Part shown: positions 57,265 to 64,000 of the stretch, one piece after another
How positions within the stretch are numbered: the first letter of the stretch is position 1
Layout of the letters: the number at the start of each line of letters is the position of its first letter
IMG/VR virus record: IMGVR_UViG_2778261440_000004
Location: 1-64,000 of that record
DNA: 64,000 bases
Origin: an uncultured virus (IMG/VR IMGVR_UViG_2778261440_000004)
Lineage: Duplodnaviria; Heunggongvirae; Uroviricota; Caudoviricetes
Direction: 5' to 3' (one strand)
Notes under the pieces: model-generated
Seen by the model: the letters and a program-made list of their open reading frames with translations, nothing else
What the model was told of the DNA's origin: nothing
Database searches by the model: none
Translations under genes and position numbers: made by a program

Positions 57265-57575
57265 GTGTAAAGGTCAGACAACATGAGCTATATTATGACG
57301 CTGAATTGATTCAGTTACCAGATGGTGAATTTATTCTGGAACGAGTGCCAATTGAATATGAAAATAGTATTAATGATCGTTACCACTCTGTTAAAATAGA
57401 AGATTCACTTGATCATATATCATGGAGTTATTACAAAGAACTTGTCGATAAATCAGAATATTATTGGTGGGTTATTGCTGAAGTTAATGACATTGAAAAT
57501 CCTTTTGATTTGACTGACTACATAGGTCAGAAAATATTAATTCCAGACATTCTAAAAATCATCATACAACGTTAA
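57261..57575 (+). CDS. LysM / tail X baseplate protein
   Basis: DSLDHISWSYY...WWVIAEVNDIENP...GQKILIP. Confidence 0.8.
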   Translation: MSVKVRQHELYYDAELIQLPDGEFILERVPIEYENSINDRYHSVKIEDSLDHISWSYYKELVDKSEYYWWVIAEVNDIENPFDLTDYIGQKILIPDILKIIIQR

Positions 57576-58750
57576 TGGCATCTCCTTTTTACAGAATAGA
57601 AACAGAATCAGGTATTGATATTACTGACTTAGTAGATAGTATAGATTTTGATGATTCGTCAGAGAAGGATAACATGATGAGTATTCCTTTAAAGGGAATT
57701 TCAAAGGATGAATTCAGTAAAGAAGATTATCAAAAAGGAAAAGAGATCACCTTCTATTTTGGTTATTTATCTGGAAAACGATCAAGAACAAGAAGAGTAG
57801 TTATAGATTCAAGGTCATTTTCATACGTAGGTGAAAATTCAGTCACTTTAAAATGCAGAGATCATGGATCGCTCTTGAAGAAAAATACTTCTTCTAAAGT
57901 ATTTAAGGAAAAGACAATTAGTCAAATTGTTAAGTTAATTGCAGATGATTATGGGTTTGATTCTGAGATTGATGAAACACAAAAGGTTTATGATAGTCTA
58001 AGTGTAGGTAACAAAGATTACTACAGCTTTTTGTGTGATTTAGCTCTTAAGGCCTCAACTGATACAAAAGCAATTCAATTCAAGCTTGTTGACAATAAAA
58101 TATTCTTTACGTCTAGAGATATCAGTAAAGAACCAATCAAAACATTTACATACCAGAGTGACGGGTTTGTATCATTTAAAATTGACGAAAAATCAGATGA
58201 TGATTCATCAGGAGTGTCGGTAACCTCTTCAAATATTGATGATTCAACTGGTGAAACTATTTCTTCATCAAGTGAAGACTCCGGAAATGAGGTTTCAACA
58301 GGTAAATACAAAATGTCTTATGATGTGGATGGAAAAGGAAAAAAGATAGTTGATAAGGCAGTTGAAGTTGGAAAAAAAATCATTGTATCAGGAAATGATA
58401 AATCTGAATTGAAATCAGCAGTATCAAAAACAAATAAAGATGCAGAACTAGATTCAGAAAATGGAACTATGGAAGTTCCTGGTGATCCATATTTAGAACC
58501 AGATGAGATTATCACATTATCAAACTTATCAGATATACATTCCGGAAACTGGAGAATCAAATCTGTTAGGCATACAATACAAGGAGGTGGTTATTTGAGC
58601 GTGATTACAGTATCTCGAAATGGTAGCAAAGTAGAAAGTGGTAATAGTAGAGTAAACACTACGGTTAATGATAATATTGGTCCAGATGATACCGATCAAT
58701 CTAAAGAATTAAAAACACATGTATACAATGTGAATGGAGTGGAACAATAA
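57575..58750 (+). CDS. Baseplate hub (late control D / GpD-like)
   Basis: FGY, TISQIV..IA..YG, GDP.L.P, SGNWRIKSVRH. Confidence 0.82.
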   Translation: MASPFYRIETESGIDITDLVDSIDFDDSSEKDNMMSIPLKGISKDEFSKEDYQKGKEITFYFGYLSGKRSRTRRVVIDSRSFSYVGENSVTLKCRDHGSLLKKNTSSKVFKEKTISQIVKLIADDYGFDSEIDETQKVYDSLSVGNKDYYSFLCDLALKASTDTKAIQFKLVDNKIFFTSRDISKEPIKTFTYQSDGFVSFKIDEKSDDDSSGVSVTSSNIDDSTGETISSSSEDSGNEVSTGKYKMSYDVDGKGKKIVDKAVEVGKKIIVSGNDKSELKSAVSKTNKDAELDSENGTMEVPGDPYLEPDEIITLSNLSDIHSGNWRIKSVRHTIQGGGYLSVITVSRNGSKVESGNSRVNTTVNDNIGPDDTDQSKELKTHVYNVNGVEQ

Positions 58751-59466
58751 TGAATTTTATCAAATTTTTCAATGAATTCACAAGACGAGGACTCGAATAT
58801 TTTGGGTTATACTACTCGAAGTATAGGGGGGTTGTTACATCTGTAGATGATCCAGAATCAAGAGGTAGACTTAAGGTAAATTGTCCATCAGTATTTGGAG
58901 ATTCAGAAAGTGATTGGTGTTTACCGTGTGGAATGTTTTCAGGAAATAACATAGGCGCATGGGCTTTACCACAAAAGGGTGACATGGTATGGATAGAATT
59001 TGAAGCAGGAAATGTAAATCATGCTATTTGGTCATATGGATGGCATACTAAAACATCTACACCTCAAGAATCATTAAAAACTAATTATCACATTAAAACA
59101 TCTGGTGGTCATTCAATTCTAGTTAATGATGTAGATGGTATAATTCAAATAAAAATTGAGGGAGGTAAAACTTTTACTATAGACGAAAAAACCATAGTTC
59201 ACGGTAACGGCAATGAGCCGGCTGTTCTTGGAAATAAAAATGAAGATGCTTTGAACTTACTTAGTACACAAGTATCTCAAATATATACGTCAATTATGAC
59301 TTTTTGTGCAGCTCAATCAGCTGCTTCATCATCAGGTGTACTAAATCCTCTCAATGCTGGTTACACAAGTTTGAATACTTCATTAACTACTTATAGTAAT
59401 GCTTTCACAACAGAAAAAGACACCACCATTTCAGCAACCAAAAGCGAGATTGTAAAGCTTGATTAA
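58750..59466 (+). CDS. Baseplate spike (GpV / gp5 OB-fold)
   Basis: YRGVV...DP...GRLKV..P, P..GD.VWIEFEAG. Confidence 0.87.
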   Translation: MNFIKFFNEFTRRGLEYFGLYYSKYRGVVTSVDDPESRGRLKVNCPSVFGDSESDWCLPCGMFSGNNIGAWALPQKGDMVWIEFEAGNVNHAIWSYGWHTKTSTPQESLKTNYHIKTSGGHSILVNDVDGIIQIKIEGGKTFTIDEKTIVHGNGNEPAVLGNKNEDALNLLSTQVSQIYTSIMTFCAAQSAASSSGVLNPLNAGYTSLNTSLTTYSNAFTTEKDTTISATKSEIVKLD

Positions 59467-59501
59467 ACCCTTTAATTTATTGGTAATAACCAGTAAATTT
59501 T

Positions 59502-59891
59502 ATGAAGGGAATTGATTATTTCTTTGGAGTCAGTTATCTATATCCGAGAGAATTTAATGAAGACGGAAGTATTGCGTTAGCTGGTGGACTGGAGTCTGTA
59601 AATCAAAGTATATACAGTAGGTTAATAACTCCAAAAGGTTCAAGGTTTATGAGTAGGGAGTATGGAAGTTATCTTCATTTACTTGCCTTTGAACCAAATG
59701 ATGCTGTGTTACATGGATTGTTGAAATATTTCATTCCAGAAGCATTGTCAGGTGAGAAAAGAATCAGGTTCAGATCAGTTGACATTGTTAATTCTTCTGA
59801 AAATCAAGTTGATTGTTATGTGAATTATACACTGAGATCAACTCAAGAACAAGGAACACTAATTTATCCATTTTATAAAGGAGATCAATGA
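59502..59891 (+). CDS. Baseplate wedge GpW/gp25
   Basis: QSI...L.TPKGSR....YGS.L...FEPN, EKRI. Confidence 0.87.
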   Translation: MKGIDYFFGVSYLYPREFNEDGSIALAGGLESVNQSIYSRLITPKGSRFMSREYGSYLHLLAFEPNDAVLHGLLKYFIPEALSGEKRIRFRSVDIVNSSENQVDCYVNYTLRSTQEQGTLIYPFYKGDQ

Positions 59892-61525
59892 GTTGGGTAG
59901 GTTATAAAGTTAGAAGTGCACAACAGATTTTTGAAAATCTTAAATCAAAAATATCAAATCCAACTTCAGGATTACCGGAAGTAACAGATTATACTGAAAG
60001 CAATTCATTAATTAAGGAGTTGTTAATATGGTCTGGAATAGCTGAACACCTCAACTATTACATAGATTTCAAGGCAAGGGAGACATTTCTTATTCATCAA
60101 AAACTTTATAAGAATGCTTGGGCCAAGGCTCAGGAATATGACTATAGAATTAAAGGAGTTTCAGCAGCATCCGGAGAAGTACGATTCTTTATTAATCAAT
60201 CTTCACTTGTTGATATTACAATACCATATGGTACTGAATTAGAATCTGATTTAGGTGAAATTGTACTTACAATTGAGTCATGCATTATTTATGCGGGGGA
60301 ATTATATGCAGACTGTAGAGTAAAACAATGGGTCAAAAAATCAAATGAGGTTATAGGACAAAGTGATGGTACTGCTAATCAAAGTTTTGTAATAGCTTCA
60401 AATGTTGTTGATCAATCTATCAGTCTTAGTGCTGGTTCAATACCATACGAAACTGTTGAAAGTTTTGTTTTTTCTGATTCTGATGATTATCACTTTAGGT
60501 CCACACTAAATATTGATAGAGATATTATTGTTGAGTTGGGAGACGGCATTAATGGTAAAATACCACAAAGCGGTGATGATATTACAGTTGATTACTATGT
60601 AAGCAATGGTGAAAATATTGGAATAGGGAGAATTAACAAAATAAATACAAGCCCTACTCTACCAACCGGAATTGAAATATCGGTATCTAATATTTATGAA
60701 ATAACAGGCGGAGGTGATAGGGAAGGTTTAACAGATATTCAAGCTAATATACCAAAGCAAAATAGAACCAATAATAGAGCTGTTTCAGATCAAGATTACA
60801 TTGATATAGCAGAATTATATACCGGTGTTGAGTTAGCAGGTATTGGTGATAAATGTGGTAAAACATTCAAACTGTACATTTATCCTGAAGGAGGTGGAAT
60901 AGCATCTCAAACACTTCGTGATGAAGTATATAACTACTTTGATGATAAGAGAATGAATACAAGTAAACTTGTTGTTTATTCTGCTGGAGAGGTAATTGTA
61001 CAATACAATGTTGATGTAGTTGTACTCAATAATTTTAATCAAACAGCAACTGAAAACAATGTGATTAGTGCATTACTGGACTACCATTCAGAAATAAGAA
61101 AGGTAGGAGGTGTACTAAGACAAGGCAATATTTACCAATTAATTGAAAGTGTTACTGGTGTAGATTATTGCATAATTAATGAAATAATTGCTATTCCATC
61201 ACCTATACCTTATGATTCAAGTACACCAGATATTAGCTGGGATGTTCAAATTGATTCTAGTATTATTTCATCTACTTGGAAAATCAAATTTGATTCTACT
61301 ACAGGATTCAAAGTGTTTACTGGTACCCAATTTATTGGTTCTTTCCAAGTTGGAGATGTTGTTGAAAAACATGGTTTGACTTTTTCAATTCTTCAAAATT
61401 ATCAATCTGGAAACACATGGACTTTCAATACTTATGAAGTGTCTACAGGTTTAGAGTTGGATGAACCTTCGGTATTGAATACAAATACAGCTTCAATAAC
61501 TCTAAATATGTCAGGAGGTATATAG
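59888..61525 (+). CDS. Baseplate J-like protein
   Basis: ARETFL, GDGINGKIP, GGGDRE, RAVS..DY. Confidence 0.87.
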   Translation: MSWVGYKVRSAQQIFENLKSKISNPTSGLPEVTDYTESNSLIKELLIWSGIAEHLNYYIDFKARETFLIHQKLYKNAWAKAQEYDYRIKGVSAASGEVRFFINQSSLVDITIPYGTELESDLGEIVLTIESCIIYAGELYADCRVKQWVKKSNEVIGQSDGTANQSFVIASNVVDQSISLSAGSIPYETVESFVFSDSDDYHFRSTLNIDRDIIVELGDGINGKIPQSGDDITVDYYVSNGENIGIGRINKINTSPTLPTGIEISVSNIYEITGGGDREGLTDIQANIPKQNRTNNRAVSDQDYIDIAELYTGVELAGIGDKCGKTFKLYIYPEGGGIASQTLRDEVYNYFDDKRMNTSKLVVYSAGEVIVQYNVDVVVLNNFNQTATENNVISALLDYHSEIRKVGGVLRQGNIYQLIESVTGVDYCIINEIIAIPSPIPYDSSTPDISWDVQIDSSIISSTWKIKFDSTTGFKVFTGTQFIGSFQVGDVVEKHGLTFSILQNYQSGNTWTFNTYEVSTGLELDEPSVLNTNTASITLNMSGGI

Positions 61526-62199
61526 TGGGGATATTGAAAGATAAAATATTCAGCTTTTTTGATTACAGGGATGATGTAGAGGATCTGTATCCGGTAGATG
61601 GTAAAGGTTTTGAGCAACGATTTCAGGAGTTAATAGCAGGTGAAATTGATGATAACGAAGTTGATTCAATTGACAATTTCAATGATAACTTAATTATCCC
61701 TGAACAAATGATAAACTCATACTTGATAGATAAACAAGTAGAGAAAGGTATTGATATTGGAATTTCAAATGATGATGATGTCAATAGAAAACTAATACGA
61801 TACTCCCAAAGTATCATAAGCATCAAGGGAACTAAAAAAAGCTATAAGGTACTATTTAAGCTATTGGGATTAGAATGCGATATCATAGAACATAATATTG
61901 TTTCAGGTTTTGATTCTGGCAATTTAGACAACCCGTTACGAAGATTTGATAGTAAATGTGCTAGTTGTAGCGATTACACGGTAATTATTTATTCTACTAA
62001 AACACCTCAACTGGAAAGAGCTGTAAATAAAATAATTGATTTCTGTGAACCAATTGATGCAAAACTTAGAGAGCTTATATTCTCAAGTTCAGGTCTGCAA
62101 ACTGGTGGAATAAATTCAAATCTTCAAAACTTCCCAACTGTACATTTAGGAGGAAATAACACTGTAAATATTAGTGCAACACTTCAAACTGGTAATTAA
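61525..62199 (+). CDS. Baseplate/tail protein I-like
   Basis: IKGT..S...LF.LLG, P..A motifs; follows J. Confidence 0.72.
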   Translation: MGILKDKIFSFFDYRDDVEDLYPVDGKGFEQRFQELIAGEIDDNEVDSIDNFNDNLIIPEQMINSYLIDKQVEKGIDIGISNDDDVNRKLIRYSQSIISIKGTKKSYKVLFKLLGLECDIIEHNIVSGFDSGNLDNPLRRFDSKCASCSDYTVIIYSTKTPQLERAVNKIIDFCEPIDAKLRELIFSSSGLQTGGINSNLQNFPTVHLGGNNTVNISATLQTGN

Positions 62200-63206
62200 T
62201 GCAAGCACAAAACGTCAGAAGAATAGAAAAATACACCACTACTTCGGGTGAATCAGCGACTATTCCATCTAGTAATGATCATACAGATGGGACATGGATA
62301 CCTACTGATATTTATGAAGGAGAGTTGTTTATAAACCTAATTGACGGAATTGTATTTACCCGTGAAGGAAGTAACATAATTGCTTTAGGAAGAATAGTTA
62401 AAACACAAAATTCAATTACTGTTACAGGTCAAGATATAGGTGGTTATTCTGATGGTGATATTATTCCTATTGGCACTAATTTAGAAACAATTTTAAAGAC
62501 AATCCTTACTACTGTTATTCCGGCAGTATATGTACAACCTACAGCATCAATAGTACTGAGTGGAGTATCTACTACAGTTGAAGTAGGAGAAGAATTTGAC
62601 GCAGAACTTACTGTTACATTTAATCAAAATGATGCTGGATCATTAGACAATATTGATTATTTGGCAAATGCAGTTGTCATCGAATCTAGTGCTGTTTTGA
62701 ATTATACTCATTTGGCCCAAAAAGAAACAATACCTACAACTATAACATATAAGGCAGATGTAGAATATTTAATTGGTCCTCAGAAAAATGACAACCTTGG
62801 TAATCCATCCGGTATTCCAATAGCAGCAGGTACAATATCTACTAACTCTATTAGTATTAAAGTAAGGTACAAAACATGGTATCAGAAAAATATTGCTGCA
62901 CCATTAGATTCAACAGAAGTTAGGTCAATGACAAGTAATGTATGGGATAATGTAAATACCATAAACATAGCTATTGTATCCGGTGATAGTAGTGTGTGTT
63001 TTGTTATACCGCCTAATAAGACACTTGATTCTGTGATGTTTCAAGGTACGTTAACGGTTGATCAGACAAGTGTTTTCCAAGCTACAGAAGTTTTGATTGA
63101 TGTTACTGGAGCTGATGGTAATAATCCAGTAACATATAAGATGTACAGATATGAGCCATCATCTGCATTTGGTAGTAGTGCAAATTATGAAATCACATTA
63201 TCATGA
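62199..63206 (+). CDS. Tail fibre-associated structural protein
   Basis: EGELFINLIDG (Mtd-N-like), YVQPTAS, beta-rich. Confidence 0.6.
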   Translation: MQAQNVRRIEKYTTTSGESATIPSSNDHTDGTWIPTDIYEGELFINLIDGIVFTREGSNIIALGRIVKTQNSITVTGQDIGGYSDGDIIPIGTNLETILKTILTTVIPAVYVQPTASIVLSGVSTTVEVGEEFDAELTVTFNQNDAGSLDNIDYLANAVVIESSAVLNYTHLAQKETIPTTITYKADVEYLIGPQKNDNLGNPSGIPIAAGTISTNSISIKVRYKTWYQKNIAAPLDSTEVRSMTSNVWDNVNTINIAIVSGDSSVCFVIPPNKTLDSVMFQGTLTVDQTSVFQATEVLIDVTGADGNNPVTYKMYRYEPSSAFGSSANYEITLS

Positions 63207-64000
63207 GTAATAATATAGCTAAAGCAGACTTCCCGGGTCAAATAAGTAGAGTTGAAGCTGTACCTCTACAACCACATGAAATAGTTGGAGACCTATCTAT
63301 TTGTGAGTTTAGTTCTAAAGAAGATATTCCATCATCTATTAGGTATATAGGAATGGAAACTACCGAGATAATTACCGGTGTAGAAAAAAAATATCGATTA
63401 AAAACAGGTATTCTAAATTCAAATTGGGAACCTGATCTTAATAAAGATGATGTTGGTTTAGACCAGGTTGATAATACCAGTGATATCGATAAACCTGTAT
63501 CAACAGCTACACAATTAGCTCTAAATAACAAAGTGAATATATTCCAATCAACTAGTGTTATACATGATGTTACCGGTGGAATAACTCTTGATTTTGATTC
63601 ATTTCAATTTTATGAAATCAGTATGGAAACAGATATTACTTCACTTTCTATTACTGGTGGTAATGTAGGAATGATTTATCAATTTTTGATTACTCAATCA
63701 TCTGGGGGTAATCATTTACTTGATTTAGCATCACCATACCCTTCTACTGGAACAAATATTTCCCAAGGTGAATTGTACATACATGAGTACTTAGATGGTA
63801 ATGGGTATATAGAAATGACTAGGGTATATTCTGTCGTTTCTGATTATTCAACTATTGATATTGATACAGATATTGATAATGGAGATTTAATTCCTGTTTA
63901 TTTTTTACCTGATGGAGTTAAACCATTTCTATCAACTATTGAGGGAAGAAAAGACATGTTTTCAATAACAGTAGTAGGTGTTGGGAAATATGTCATTACT
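63203..64000 (+). CDS. Tail fibre protein, truncated by the window end
   Basis: ATG 63203 (MSNNIAKADF...), open to the end; KDDVGLDQVDNTSDIDKPVSTATQLALNNK fibre repeat. Confidence 0.75.
   Translation, partial: MSNNIAKADFPGQISRVEAVPLQPHEIVGDLSICEFSSKEDIPSSIRYIGMETTEIITGVEKKYRLKTGILNSNWEPDLNKDDVGLDQVDNTSDIDKPVSTATQLALNNKVNIFQSTSVIHDVTGGITLDFDSFQFYEISMETDITSLSITGGNVGMIYQFLITQSSGGNHLLDLASPYPSTGTNISQGELYIHEYLDGNGYIEMTRVYSVVSDYSTIDIDTDIDNGDLIPVYFLPDGVKPFLSTIEGRKDMFSITVVGVGKYVIT

Larger units (their letters stand above)
1..64000 (+). mobile_element. Temperate myovirus-type phage/prophage (partial), probable Bacteroidota host
   Basis: Integrase, repressor, replication, lysis, terminase, head, sheath, tube and baseplate genes; no host housekeeping genes; TAnnTTTG promoters; att sites not visible in the window. 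Confidence 0.95.

Noticed and set aside
43305..63531. Many short minus-strand ORFs in the structural region
   Set aside because: They are antisense shadows of well-supported + strand genes
1..64000. tRNA or rRNA genes and att sites
   Set aside because: No cloverleaf or rRNA-like segment seen by eye; the element ends lie outside the window

Overview
AT-rich temperate phage or prophage, most likely of a Bacteroidota host (repeated TAnnTTTG -7 promoter elements, few Shine-Dalgarno sites). The window has no host genes and is cut off inside a tail-fibre gene. Order: tyrosine integrase; a minus-strand accessory block (LuxR response regulator, TPR membrane pseudokinase, small acidic protein); XRE repressor/Cro switch; recombination genes (Sak4-like ATPase, PD-(D/E)xK nuclease); replication initiator with an internal 11-bp-phased iteron array plus DnaC-like loader; a ~30 kb accessory region (SymE, endolysin and holin, three methyltransferase-like genes, two PAPS-reductase/ParB IbrAB-like modules, SNF2 helicases, many small ORFs); then TerL, a portal-MuF fusion, HK97-type head, contractile tail and baseplate. 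The most striking unexplained structure is two clusters of integron-like gene cassettes (10.7-11.6 kb and 34.2-38.1 kb). They consist of AAC...GTT hairpins (attC-like) alternating with segments whose own GTT... and ...AAC ends are complementary, and some ORFs read in frame across the junctions. Also visible: a four-copy TACACA-N4-TGTGTA operator, a 13-copy WCTCTCRAYYATA leader motif, a direct-repeat-flanked 5.1 kb module, a candidate type I toxin-antitoxin locus and a -1 frameshift in the tail chaperone. All calls come from reading the sequence by eye; no database searches were run.
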